Assembly: GCF_032444005.1 (NCBI RefSeq)
Contig: NC_091287.1
Coordinates: 82,026,001-82,090,000 of the forward strand
DNA from: Ranitomeya imitator
Lineage: Eukaryota
Length of the DNA stretch: 64,000 bases
Direction of reading: 5' to 3'
In this document: piece by piece, positions 33,891-47,980 of the stretch
Numbering within the stretch: position 1 is the first letter of the stretch
Layout of the letters: every line of letters begins with the position of its first letter
The notes under the pieces: model-generated
Told to the model about the DNA's origin: nothing
Database searches by the model: none
Seen by the model: only the letters and a program-made list of their open reading frames with translations
Program-made: the position numbers and the translations under genes

Positions 33891-35280
33891 GGGGATGTGG
33901 GACCAACATACTGTGTGTAAGGGGATGTGGGGCCAACACGCTGTGTGTAAGGGGATGTGGGGACAACATACTGTGTGTAAGGGGATGTGGGGCCAACATA
34001 CTGTGTGTAAAGGGATGTGGGGCCAACACGCTGTGTGTAAGTGGATGTGGAGCCAACATACTGTGTGTAAGGGGATGTGGGGCCAACATATTGTGTGTAA
34101 GGGGATGTGGGGCCAACATACTTGTGTAAGGTGATGTGGGACCAACATACTGTGTGTAAGGGGATGTGGGGCCAACATACTGTGTGTAAGGGGATGTGGG
34201 GCCAACATACTATGTGTAAGGGGATGTGGGGCCAACATATTGTGTGTAAGGGGATGTGGGGCCAACATACTTGTGTAAGGTGATGTGGGACCAACATACT
34301 GTGTGTAAGGGGATGTGGGGCCAACATACTGTGTGTAAGGGGATGTGGGGCCAACATACTATGTGTAAGGGGATGTGGAGCCAACATACTATGTGTAAGG
34401 GGATGTGGAGCCAACATACTTGTGTAAGGTGATGTGGGACCAACATACTGTGTGTAAGGGGATGTGGGGCCAACATACTGTGTGTAAGGGGATGTGGGGC
34501 CAACATACTGTGTGTAAGGGGATGTGGGGCCAACATACTATGTGTAAGGGGATGTGGAGCCAACATACTGTGTGTAAGGGGATGTGGGATCTACATAGTG
34601 TTTGTAAAGGGATGTGGGCCATCATACTGTGTGTAAGGGGATGTGGGGCAAACATACTGTGTGTAAGGGGATGTGGAGCCAACATACTGTGTGTAAGGGG
34701 ATGTGGGGCCAACATACTGTGTGTAAGGGGATGTGGGATCTACAATACTGTTTGTAAAGGGATGTGGGCCATCATACTGTGTGTAAGGGGATGTGGGGCC
34801 AACATGTTGTGTGTAAGGGGATGTGGGGCCAACATACTGTGTGTAAGGGGATTTGGATCCAACATACTGTGTGTAAAGGAATGTGGGGTCAACACGCTGT
34901 GTGTAAGTGGATGTGGAGCCAACCTACTGTGTGTAAGGGGATGTGGGATCTACATACTGTTTGTAAGGGGATGTGGAGCCAACATACTGTGTGTAAGGGG
35001 ATGTGGGGCCAACATACTGTGTGTAAGGGGATTTGGAGCCAACATACTGTGTGTAAGGGGATTTGAGACAACATACTGTGTGTAAAGGGATGTGGGGCCA
35101 ACACGCTGTGTGTAAGTGGATGTGGAGCCAAAATACTGTATGTAAAGGGATGTGGGATCTACATACTGCTTGTAAAGGGATGTGGGCCATCATACTGTGT
35201 GTAAGGGGATGTGGGGCCAACAAATTGTGTGTAAGGGGATGTGGGGCCAACATACTGTGTGTAAGGGATGTGGGCCATCA
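33891..35280. repeat. 30-bp minisatellite, right part (~45 units)
   Basis: Same unit as 27890-28062, with variants. Confidence 0.95.
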
Positions 35281-36332
35281 ACTGTATATGTGGGTGATCA
35301 GACTATGTGAAAAGCTGTTTTGGGACCAATATTCTTTAAAACTTAGGAAATACGCCCTTCTGTGACTATGCCTATGCACTGTGATAGATACTTTTTTTCT
35401 ATTTTGGAGGGAGGGAGGTTGCCTGATTAGAACTTCTGATATGGGGCCCCATGATTTCTATATACACTCCTGAATGTAAGCCAGCTTTATACAAGCTCTA
35501 ATGTAACCAGAAATACTTCCAAACAGTAACCATATAATGGTCAGATAACAGATCAACTACATGGGTGCGCTGCAAAATCATTCCATGTTGCAGAGCACAG
35601 AAGAGACTACAGCACTGAGCTCTGTCACCTACAGATCCGATCACCTCTTTTGATATGTGGTTTAGTAATACTTGTATCTTAGAATTGTGAATCGTGGTAT
35701 CCCTCTGATATTTTTCCTGGACATGTATGAATGCTTTCCCACCTGGCTGCTTCTATCAGATTATTGAGAAACACATTCTGGTGGCAAAAGGGTATTTACT
35801 CTTTTTGTGATGACGTATAGGGGAAACCATCTTGTAGAGCAGGAGCAGCTGAGCAAATTGATATATAGTTCTGTGAGAAAAGATTCAGAATAATCTGTGA
35901 TTTATTCATTAAATCCTCTGCTCTTTCTAGGATTTTTGGTCCTGTGGGCGGTCCTAACAGTGACTGACTGCTACCTCTGTATGTGCACTTATACAAAGAA
36001 AGCTGTCAGTTACTGATAGGACCGCCCACTTAACCAAAAATCGCATGAGATTAAATGGTTAAAACTTAGGTTATACTGAATCTTTTATCATAAAACTATA
36101 TGTTAATCTACTCAGCTCCTCCTGCTCTACTAGAGCCTGCAGATTAGACGGCATCTTCATGGTGACAGGTTCCCTTAAAGGTGCATTCCTTGCACTTATC
36201 GGTAAGGTTTAATAGGAGACTGTATAGAAGTAGAATCCACACTGACTACTGTGCACTCAATTTTTGCAATAACCATGGAACACTTATCTCAAGCCGATAA
36301 AATTAAACAAACCAAACATTATAGGATATATC

Positions 36333-36604
36333 GAGCGTCGGACTGGGGTGCAAAGGGCCCATCTGTAACATTGACTGTGGGGGCTCACTTTTCACCTGCA
36401 TACAAATATTACACTACCCTCATTCACAAATTCACCTATATCTCTACATAATAGTAAACTGAGAACTTTGACTAATGAATGATGAGATGCTGCATTTTTC
36501 TGTACAGAGGGAATCAAGCGATTTATACCAAGTACTGCTAATACAGTGGGGTTGGAGGCCCACCGGAGTATTCCCCTGTTACCCTATCGGCCAGTCCGAG
36601 CCTG
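36333..36604. mobile_element. hAT-type MITE
   Basis: Perfect 8-bp TSD GATATATC (36325-36332 and 36605-36612). TIR core TCGGACTGG / CCAGTCCGA. Confidence 0.75.
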
Positions 36605-39224
36605 GATATATCATAGGCAGATTACATGATACTACTCAGTATGGGCAGAATACACATGCTAACCTTCCCAGAGTATTAAACTTAATGACCAACTTTGGTC
36701 TATACTGTAATCAATTGGAGAGAAAAGCCTTGCATGTTGCCCATATATTTTGGTTTGTTTCTTATTTATTTCTCGTACTTACAGCTCAGTACTTCTTTTC
36801 ATTTAGTTAAATGGATGAACCCAAGGACAAAAGACTGCTCCCTTCTTGCCGTCCTCACTATCACCACCTAAATGTCAACCTGATGCTTTTTAGTGCTCAT
36901 ACTATTGCTCAAACCTATAAACTCACTTTTATAGAAATACTAAGTATATTGTACATCAAAGCAAACATTTTTCAGGGTATCACATTAGCATTTTACTTTT
37001 CAGGTTAAATAAAAAGAAAAACTCTGAGCTTGTAAATTGGTATTTTCCTGTTCTGCATGGAGATGGAATATCATTTATCACAAGTCCCTTAAATGTTGAG
37101 ATTTCATGAGCAATCATTAATGTGATTCATTATTATTAGCAGTGGAGAAGGCTGACATATCACTTACAATGATCCTATACTGTATCCACTGACGATAACT
37201 GTCTACAAAAACAAAATGGATTTTATTAATACACAAAAGGAAAAATATCGAAAATCAATTACATGATAAGATTGCGGCATCAGCTGCAGGGGAGAACCAT
37301 TACATGATTGATGGTTTATATACATGATAGGTAGTATGATACAAAAAGTCCAGGCAAAAAAACAAAAATGGATATAAGACAGCAATAAATTAATTAGAAT
37401 AAAGTGTATGTGAAAGTTGTAAAGAAACTGACCTAGTTTTGCCTAAATAAGGGTGTCAAAACTTACTAAAAAAATATGATGTCAAACATTTCGGTATGAA
37501 GGTTCCTACCGAAATGGGTATTGGGACTGGTGCCATCCAGGAGAGAAGACTTAATTCTCCATCTCCTCCATTGCTGGCATCTGTGGGAATCGCACTGCAC
37601 TCGGATGAAATCAGAGTGCAGTCTGATGATTTGCACATAAAATACTGACATACTTTAAGTACTGTCATTCTAGTTATATTGTTTCTTTTTTGTTGTCAGT
37701 TTGGTTATTTGTGTACCCACTAACAATCATCTAAATTTGGTTACATAAAAGAGGGCATTCTTTAGCAAAAATCAAACTGAATCCTTTCTCTTATGCTTTC
37801 ATTTATTTGCATGACTTACCTGCTAATCATGTAGTGCCTTCCTTAGAAGATGTCCTACACAGTAACTCACCAACCTAAGGGGAATGTGAGTAACCAAGGT
37901 AGGGCTTTCTTTTCCTAAACATCCCGTTACAGTTACATAAACTGCCTCAACAGTCATAAAAATATTTCCCCACATTCTGCTAGATTATTATTATATCTCA
38001 GCCATGTAATAAGATGTTTCTGTACATTATGCAGCCCATGTATAGGAGGATACAGTTGCTTGTAAAAGGTTAATCTGCAAGTGGAGGACATGGCTACATC
38101 TGAAGGCTCAATCCAGAAGAAAAAATAGATGCTTGTAAAGCCTTACTCTATAAGAGTTGGAATTAGCTGCATCAAAAAGGTTTATAGGAAAGAGGAGGAC
38201 ATAGCAGCTTCTAAAGGAGTTATCTTAGTCTTTCAATACATCCGCACAATAGACACACTGAAGAGAAGCTGTTTCACATCTGTAAATGTTTTTTCAAGAC
38301 TGCATTTTTTTTCCTCCTACTTCTCCATAATTTGTAGGATCTATCTTACCCGGCTTCTTGCACTGTATCACAATATTGAGCATGAAGACAGCAGCAAATT
38401 TCAACTGTTTTTAGTTACCCCACATCGTGGTCTCTTTTTACCTTATGAACTTTTCAAGGAGGTTATAGGTCCTTATTAATGACCAGCCATTTTTTTCCAA
38501 TTGTGCCCATCTATGGTTATAGAAGGTTTTGCTCGTTTGCTTTTTATTTGTATTATTTATTAGCTCTGTTTTACTATTTAATTTATATCTTGACATGGAA
38601 AAAGCATTTCTTAATTTTTATATTGTTCATATTTTACCATAAATAACCCGTTGAATTTATTTTGCAGATTATTCACCTCTATTTTCTTATTCAATTCCCT
38701 GGATGTTTCTGACGGTTGATGAACTGACCTGTTCTACTTGGATTACAGGGTATTCGCCTATAGGGGGCCCCATTGAGACAGTTTTCTTTTTTCTAGTATG
38801 GGACCTACTAACTACTAACTGGTCTTTGCAAGGAGAATCAGTGTTTAGGACAAACTATTGGCTAATACTAAAAGACTGTATGGACAACACAAAGCAGTCA
38901 TCTTTATTACAGCAATATGGAAATGTAAGAAAAGACTGTGTAACCGTAGACAGCAAATTACATCTGAAATAAAAGTTGTAATTTTATAGGGATTAGGAGA
39001 GTCAGTGTCAGCTTTTCACGTCAGCGCTAACACAGATCAGAATTTCTACTTTTCTATCAGAGTTCTTTAGATTTATAAAGAACATCTAGGGAGACACAAA
39101 TGTCCTGTTCAGCATTACCAGACCCTCCACATTGAGACAATCCACCTGGTGAAAGCGCTGAGCAATGAAACCCTATCCTTTATTACATTGCTGTGATTTA
39201 GATACATATTTTAGAGCATCTTAA

Positions 39225-39672
39225 AGCAGCACTCCTATCAAGATTGCTATCCTCTTATTATGGCGCAGTCATCATATTATATGGCACTGTGTGCTTACAA
39301 TTGCTCATTTTGCCCTTCTACCAAGGTAATTATTCTCTTTTCTATTAGGTCTGTGACATCATATGATTGAAAACTGACTAGCTGAATCCTTCTTAGCTCT
39401 ATGTAGAAACAGGAGGTCAAATTTCCCTACATGAGTCATAAGTCACAGCAAAAGTCAATGGCAGGGGGAGGAGGGAGCAGCTGGGTCAGGAGTTGAAGAG
39501 GGGAATGATAAATGCAGGGACAAGAGACTTCCTGTTTCTACATAGAGCAGAGAAAAGAGAAGAATTATCTGGGTAGAAAGGCAAAATGAGCAGTTGTAAG
39601 TACACAGTGCTATATAATAGGATGACTTCAATATATTAAGAGGATAAAAACTTTGATGGGAGGAGTGCTTCT
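39225..39672. mobile_element. TTAA MITE copy D
   Basis: TTAA-AGCAGCACTCCTATCAA ... TTTGATGGGAGGAGTGCTTCT-TTAA. Confidence 0.72.
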
Positions 39673-41159
39673 TTAAATATACTGAACAATTGCAACACAA
39701 ATTATATTAAGCCCCGATTGTAAATTAGGTTTATTAGCAACATTTAATATGCAAAACAAAACAACTGAAACAGATCAGCAAAACTAATATAACAAGTGTA
39801 TTTAATATAAAAATGACATTTTTAATGGCTACAACAGTCTCAGAATTATTCAACCCATTCACAACTGTATTTTTCAGAATATGAGAACCCCAAATTTGGG
39901 GTGATATCAATCTGCACATGCACCATCGCCATTTTTCCAAAGTCCACCACAGTGAAAATGATGAGAAGAGCGAAGACTCCTGACATTTCCTGAAAGTCCA
40001 GGAGCCTGCGCAGCCTCAAACTGCCTCACCTCCTCCCAGTCCGGACCTGCAGCATCACCCCATTCCTTCTTCCCCCAGCTTCTTGCAGCAGCACCTTGCC
40101 TCCTGGGACCCCGCTCCATCGCAGCAGCTCCCTTGGTAAACTACTGTAAAAGTGGACTATTAGATGCTCCACCATTTTCTGAAAAATATTTTTTTCCTAT
40201 TTTCCTCCTCAAAACTTGCGATTCATCTCATGGTTTGGTGTGTCTTATAAACTGTAAAATATGTTACTTAGTAGCTAACCTTTTGGCTGTTATGATGTGC
40301 TGCAAGCATGGGCAGCCATCATTTTGCTGAATCGAAAAGGCCAGTAAACAAAAAAAGTACTCACTTCACTGCTCACTTGTTCCGCCACTGCAGCCAGCCA
40401 GGCAGTCCTCTGCGAATCGGTCCTTAATACGTCATCTTTGGTCAGCACCAAGTAAACCTCATGTTATGGTCTTACCTTGTGAGGTGGATCCCTAAGCCCA
40501 CGTCCATTGGGTACAATTTTTTTTTCCTAGCAAATTGGCGCCGTCAGCCCTGCATAGTGGCACCTATCGGATCACCGATAGATGCTACTGTGCAGGTTGG
40601 GCTGGCACCATTTTGAGAGAGAATTGTTTTTTTTCCTGAATAAATTTATATCACCAAATGAAATATTTACATGAATATTAAAGGGGTGATTATACTACAG
40701 AGCAGGCGCCACCTCCTGCCTTCTGAATGTGAAATTATTTTTTCAAAACATATTATATTCAGTATGTAAAATAGGGGCAGATCACTGAGGGATCAGTGAC
40801 TTGTCATAAGCCATCAGTATGAATAGCTAAGCAGAGCACCACATGAAGACCCCCAACAGGCCACCCTGGAGCACGAGCATGTCATTATCTGAAAACTACA
40901 AATAAAGATTAAACAACAACCACAAGACAGATTTCATCAACCAAGGTATCATTTTATTCAGTATAACAACACCAATCTGAAGCTGACTGTAGTTACTCAG
41001 CACAATCCCGCTGACAGGTTCCCTTAATTTTTCGAGTTTACTTGACAATGCAATTGGCTTATTCATCAATTGAGACTTTTTAAAATGCTGCAAAAGTTTT
41101 TGCTCAGTGGTACTTCAGTACCCTAACATAATACAAAATCTGTCTATTTTTTTTCTTTG

Positions 41160-43678
41160 TTCACTTCAAGACTAATGTGCAAAGATGGCCACACACTGGA
41201 CCTCATCTTCACCCGCCTCTGCTCCCTATCTAAACTCTCTAACTCACCTCTTCTTCTCTCTGACCACAACCTTCTCACATTCTCTTCCCTCTCCACTCCA
41301 TGTCTACAATCCCCACCCCACAAACTTTCACACCCTCGCAGAAATCTTAAACACCTTGACCTACACTCATTCTCTGAATCCCTCCTCCCTCTCACAGATA
41401 TAAGTTCCTTACACAATGTGAATGATGCTGCCGCTCTATATAACACCACAATAGCTGCAGCTTTGGAATCTGTTGCCCCACTTACACATACCAAAGCTCG
41501 CAAAATCAACAGACAGCCCTGGCACACCAGCCTGACCAAAGAACTGAGGCGAGCTTCCAGGGCTGCTGAGCGCAGATGGAAAAGATCCCACTCCAACGAG
41601 CACTTCATCGCATTCAAACAGTCCCTCACTACTTTCAAAACCACACTCGCCACAGCTAAACAAAACTACTTCTCATCTCTCATATCCTCCCTGTCTCACA
41701 ACCCTATACAGTTATTCAACACCTTCAATTCTCTCCTCCGTCTCCCAGCACCTCCTCCCTTTCCACTCATCTCAGCTGAAGACTTTGCCTCATTTTTCAA
41801 GCAGAAGATTGATAGCATCAGAGACAGTTTTGGTCAACAATCCCCAGAGCCCTTCCTCCCGACTTCCCAGCCCTCCACCTCCAAAACCAACTTCTCCACC
41901 ATTACAGAAGATCGACTCTCCACTCTACTCTCAAGATCACATCTCACCACCTGTGCACTTGACCCGATCCCATCCCACTTCATCCCAAACCTCACCACAG
42001 TCTTCATCCCAACCCTAACCCATTTCTTCAACCTATCACTAACAATTGGTGTTTTCCCCTCAAGCTTTAAACATGCCTCCATCACACCTATCCTCAAAAA
42101 GCCCTCTCTTGACCCATCCTCTGTATCTAGCTATCGCCCTATATCACTTCTCCCCTATGCCTCTAAGCTACTGGAACAACACGTCTACCTTGAACTGTCC
42201 TCCCATCTCTCTTCTTGCTCCCTCTTTGACCGCTTACAATCTGGATTCCGGTCACACCACTCCACTGAAACTGCCCTTACTAAGGTCACCAATGACCTCT
42301 TAACCGCCAAGAGCAAGCGACACTACTCCTCCTCCTGGACCTGTCAGCTGCCTTTGACACAGTGGACCATTCCCTATTATTACAGACCCTCTCATCCCTT
42401 GGCATCACAGACTTGGCCCTATCCTGGATCTCATCATACCTAACAGACCGGACATTCAGCGTCTCCCACTCACACACCACCTCCTCACCTCCTCCCCTAT
42501 CTATTGGAGTCCCACAAGGTTCAGTCCTAGGGCCCCTGCTCTTCTCCATTTACACCTTTGGCCTGGGACAGCTCATAGAATCTCATGGCTTTCAGTATCA
42601 TCTCTATGCTGATGATACACAGATCTACATCTCTGGACCAGATATCACATCCGTACTAACCAGAATCCCTCAATGTCTGTCCACTATTTCATCCTTCTTC
42701 ACCGCTAGATTTCTGAAACTTAACATGGACAAAACAGAATTCATCATCTTTCCCCCATCTCACGTGACCCCCCCAATGAACCTATCCACTAGAGTAAATG
42801 GCTGCCCACTCTCCCCAGTCCCACAAGCTCGCTACCTAGGGGTAATCCTTGACGCTGATCTCTCCTTCAAACCACATATCCAAGCCCTTTCCACTTCCTG
42901 CTGACTTCAACTCAAAAATATTTCACGAATCCATTCATTCCTCAACCAAGAATCTGCAAAAACCCTACTCCATGCCCTCATCATCTCTCGCCTTGACTAC
43001 TGCAACCTCCTGCTCTGTGGCCTCCCCTCGAACACTCTTGCACCCCTCCAATCTATTCTAAACTCTGCTGCCCGACTAATCCACCTGTCCCCCCGCTATT
43101 CCCCAGCTTCTCCCCTCTGTCAATCCCTTCACTGGCTCACCATTGCCCAGAGACTCCGGTACAAAACCCTAACCATGACATACAAAGCCATCCACAACCT
43201 GTCTCCTCCATACATCTGTGACCTCGTCTCCCGGTACTTTCCTGCACGCAACCTCCGATCCTCACAAGATCTCCTTCTCTATTCGCCTCTTATCTCCTCT
43301 TTCCACAATCGCATACAAGATTTCTCTCGCGCATCACCCCTACTCTGGAACTCTCTACCACAACATATCAGACTCTCACCTACCATCGAAACCTTCAAAA
43401 AGAGACTGAAGACCCACCTCTTCTGGCAAGCCTACAACCTGCAGTAACCACCAATTGACCAAACCGCTGCATGACCAGCTCTACCCTCACCTACTGTATG
43501 CTCACCCATCCCTTATAGATTGTGAGCCTTCGCGGGCAGGGTCCTCTCTCCTCCTGTACCAGTTATGACTTGTATTGTTTAAGATTATTGTACTTGTTTT
43601 TATTATGTAGACCCCTCCTTACATGTAAAGCGCCATGGAATATATGGCGCTATATCAATAAATAATAATAATAATAAC
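41160..43678 (+). pseudogene. 5'-truncated L2-clade LINE; ORF2 broken by a frameshift (~42325) and a stop (42902)
   Basis: Motifs [36 protein letters not shown] and LNMDKTE. 3' stem-loop GCGCCAT...ATGGCGC followed by an (AAT)n tail. Confidence 0.9.
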
Positions 43679-45786
43679 ATTTACCTATTCAATGAGTTTT
43701 CAATGAAGACAAAGAGTGAAAAAAAAAATCTTCATGTATTTGATGAATTGTGGAATCAGTCAACAGGATTTCACCTCCCATACTATTTATTTGCTCATAT
43801 ATCTCTTTAAAAGACAAGTTCAGTAATAGTTTTACATGGCCAGGCCATTTTTCTGATGCTGAGATATCAGGATTTGAATTGATATGCAAATGAAGCTTAA
43901 GGACTATGGTAGATCTGAAGCCTGTGCCTCATGGACTCTTTTCTCCACCCAGTGACACAGTTACCTTCTGCTTCTACTTGACTTACAGTCTATGCTCTGT
44001 GTCTTTAGGCAAAGGAGATGTCAGTCAAACAGGAGGATGTGTCGCTAGATAGGGAATAGAGCGGGAGTGTCAAAGGCTTTGGACCTACAATTAGCTCTTC
44101 AGCCTCATTTGTATATAATATCAAAAGCTGACTTCTTAGTATCAGAGGAACAGGCTGGCCATGTAAAGGTATTGCTGGACTTGTAGTTGAAAAGAATACA
44201 TGCACAAATAAATAGTTTAGGGGGAAAATTCCCTTAAAAAATGATATATCTGTGTTCATGAACTGCTGCAGCAAAATCATATTCTACACAGTATTTGTGT
44301 GTGTGGTATTTCTGGCATGACAGTAAATGTAAAAATCTAGGTCTTAGACAACTTATCCTTATTCCTGATCCATCAAAATAATTTTGAGTCTGCATACAAT
44401 GCTACTAGTCAAAAACCAAGAAAAAAAAAGCCATTCAATTTCCGTCTTTTTGGAAAAAATCCAGAATTACATTTTCTTCTTTGTTAGTTTTGGCAAGATG
44501 GGACGAAAGGGAAAACATCACTACTCTGTTAGTGATGAGTTTTCTATTTTGTTTTATTAAAAATGTTGAAACATGGGCACTGTGTCAAGATGATTCTATA
44601 ATAGAAGGTTGGGTGGGGCGAGGAAGCTTCTGCAATGCAGAAAGTTCTTAGCATAAAGAAGGCAGATCCTATTCCGACATGGTGGAGAAAAGTATTTCAA
44701 GACGGTGCATCGTAATATATTCTTCAGTGAGCTCTTAAATTCACACAAAAATCAAAGGTTATCCTACTGGGAGGTATTTGGCTGAGCTGTTACCATCTAA
44801 AATTGTATTTGTTAACATCAAAATGATTCCCTCAAGGCTTGGAATAAAAATAGTTTTCATTGGCTGGAAAACACGAAATCTCCAAGAACTTCAAATCAAT
44901 TCATAAGCTAAGTTCTATACCAGTGTAAATGAGGTGTTGGTATCATAATTAGAATGAACGTGACCACCCTCATCACACAAGAAAATATTATCCTTCATGT
45001 ATGACTTTCCTTATCTGACTCGGTAAGGCCAAGTAGTTGTATCGGTCAAGGGGTGTTATTCCTTCATCAGCCCACGTGAAGTATAAACAAAGCCGACCAC
45101 AAAACCTAATGATAGCATGCTCCAAACCATTCTAAATCATATCTTCAAATTTAAGGAAAACAATATCTGGCATCGCTAATGGATACACTTTCCATATTTC
45201 AGATTAGGTTGTCATCTGTTCTTAAAGGGGTATTCCCATCTTAGCAAATTAATGTTATTTTTTACATAACGACATATAGTTTCTGTAAATTGTTTTCAAC
45301 GCTAAATGTCTTTCACTAGAAATATTTAGGATGCGTTCACACGTTGCAGATTTGCATGCAGAAAATCAATATGGTAATACAGAAGTAGCTACTGTATATA
45401 GATGACATTAATAGTCATCCCTTCTAGATGTTGCGTCAAATTTTTAAGCTATGATTCATAGGCGGTGTCGATTTTCATTATCCACAGAGGTTCAATTTTT
45501 TGTGCAAAATTCATTGCAAATTTTCCAATTTTCCAAACTTCAGCAAAATTCTAATGCAATACTTTTGATGCAGATAAGATGCATCACATTCTTCACCAAA
45601 ATCTGCTGTGTGTGTGAAAATACCCTAAGGTTCCAATTCATCAATAAGTTTATGCCAGAAAAGGTGTAAAACATTTTGAAAAATTGCTAATTTTTCTGCA
45701 ATGCTAAGTTGTGCAAAAATTTTGCAACTATCAATGATTACAGAGAACTAAGTAATGTAATAGATAAACCATTATTTCTTATTTTT

Positions 45787-47289
45787 AGTGACTCTATAGC
45801 GACAGGGTCTGTTCCGCAGGACTGGCGCATAGCAAATGTGGTGCCAATATTCAAAAAGGGCTCTAAAAGTGAACCTGGAAATTATAGGCCAGTAAGTCTA
45901 ACCTCTATTGTTGGTAAAATATTTGAAGGGTTTCTGAGGGATGTTATTCTGGATTATCTCAATGAGAATAACTGTTTAACTCCATATCAGCATGGGTTTA
46001 TGAGAAATCGCTCCTGTCAAACCAATCTAATCAGTTTTTATGAAGAGGTAAGCTATAGACTGGACCACGGTGAGTCATTGGACGTGGTATATCTCGATTT
46101 TTCCAAAGCGTTTGATACCGTGCCGCACAAGAGGTTGGTACACAAAATGAGAACGCTTGGTCTGGGGGAACATGTGTGTAAATGGGTTAGTAACTGGCTT
46201 AGTGATAGAAAGCAGAGGGTGGTTATAAATGGTATAGTCTCTAACTGGGTCGCTGTGACCAGTGGGGTACCGCAGGGGTCAGTATTGGGACCTGTTCTCT
46301 TCAACATATTCATTAATGATCTGGTAGAAGGTTTACACAGTAAAATATCGATATTTGCAGATGATACAAAACTATGTAAAGCAGTTAATACAAGAGAAGA
46401 TAGTATTCTGCTACAGATGGATCTGGACAAGTTGGAAACTTGGGCTGAAAGGTGGCAGATGAGGTTTAACAATGATAAATGTAAGGTTATACACATGGGA
46501 AGAGGGAATCAATATCACCATTACACACTGAACGGGAAACCACTGGGTAAATCTGACAGGGAGAAGGACTTGGGGATCCTAGTTAATGATAAACTTACCT
46601 GGAGCAGCCAGTGCCAGGCAGCAGCTGCCAAGGCAAACAGGATCATGGGGTGCATTAAAAGAGGTCTGGATACACATGATGAGAGCATTATACTGCCTCT
46701 GTACAAATCCCTAGTTAGACCGCACATGGAGTACTGTGTCCAGTTTTGGGCACCGGTGCTCAGGAAGGATATAATGGAACTAGAGAGAGTACAAAGGAGG
46801 GCAACAAAATTAATAAAGGGGATGGGAGAACTACAATACCCAGATAGATTAGCGAAATTAGGATTATTTAGTCTAGAAAAAAGACGACTGAGGGGCGATC
46901 TAATAACCATGTATAAGTATATAAGGGGACAATACAAATATCTCGCTGAGGATCTGTTTATACCAAGGAAGGTGACGGGCACAAGGGGGCATTCTTTGCG
47001 TCTGGAGGAGAGAAGGTTTTTCCACCAACATAGAAGAGGATTCTTTACTGTTAGGGCAGTGAGAATCTGGAATTGCTTGCCTGAGGAGGTGGTGATGGCG
47101 AACTCAGTCGAGGGGTTCAAGAGAGGCCTGGATGTCTTCCTGGAGCAGAACAATATTGTATCATACAATTATTAGGTTCTGTAGAAGGACGTAGATCTGG
47201 GGATTTATTATGATGGAATATAGGCTGAACTGGATGGACAAATGTCTTTTTTCGGCCTTACTAACTATGTTACTATGTTACTATGTTAC
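45787..47289 (+). mobile_element. 5'-truncated CR1 LINE with open reverse-transcriptase frame (to stop at 47175)
   Basis: Motifs [35 protein letters not shown] and FADD. 3' tail (CTATGTTA)3. Confidence 0.93.
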
Positions 47290-47399
47290 ATCCATTTCAG
47301 CAGCTCCGCCACAATAAGCTACACTTGGTCATTGAATAATTAATAGTTGGGCAGTATTTCTTACACAAGAAATGTTACTCCAGTCCTCAGCTGGAGTAA

Positions 47400-47980
47400 A
47401 GGTACCGTCACATTTAGCGACGCTGCAGCGATCTAGACAACGATCTTGGAAACCAGGGTAACCCTGGTTACCAGCGTAAACGTAAAAAAAACACTACATA
47501 CTTACATTCCGGTGTTTGTCCCCCGGCGCTGTGCTTCTCTGCACTGACTGTGAGCGCCGGCCGGAAAGCACAGCGGTGACGTCACCGCTGTGCTCTGCTT
47601 TCCGGCTGGTGCTTACACAGTGCAGAGAAGCACAGCGCCGGGGGACAAACACCGGAATGTAAGTATGTAGTGTTTGGTTTTTTTTACGTTTACGCTGGTA
47701 ACCAGGGTAAACATCAGGTTACTAAGCGCGGCCTTGCACTTAGTAACCCGATGTTTACTCTGGTTACCAGTGAAGACATCGCTGAATCGGCGTCACACAC
47801 GCCGATTCAGCGATGTCTGTGGGAGTCCAGCGACGAAATAAAGTTCTGGACTTTCTGCTCCGACCAACGATGGCACAGCAGGATCCTGATCGCTACTGCC
47901 TGTCAAACTCAACAATATCGCTAGCCAGGATGCTGCAACGTCACGGATCACTAGCGATATCGTTCAGTGTGAAGGTACCT
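47400..47980. mobile_element. Harbinger-type palindromic MITE
   Basis: Perfect TAA TSD. TIRs AGGTACCGTCACA / TGTGAAGGTACCT. The interior is largely inverted-symmetric. Confidence 0.85.

Larger units (their letters stand above)
27578..35472. mobile_element. Probable non-autonomous hAT-like element hosting the minisatellite and the Gypsy
   Basis: CAG...CTG termini with flanking 8-mers AGTGTAAG / AATGTAAG (7/8). The TIRs match poorly beyond CAG. Confidence 0.45.

Noticed and set aside
33824-35365. Many 60-226 aa ORFs on both strands with repetitive C/H/W-rich sequence
   Set aside because: They are translations of a 30-bp minisatellite; a period divisible by 3 keeps frames open.
44700-45200. 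Possible ancient L1 ORF2 remnant
   Set aside because: Only a vague FIWAGK-like trace requiring indels; too weak to call.
46053-47168. Long antisense ORFs in CR1, L2, Gypsy and hAT
   Set aside because: Shadow frames of real coding sequence with no recognisable domains.
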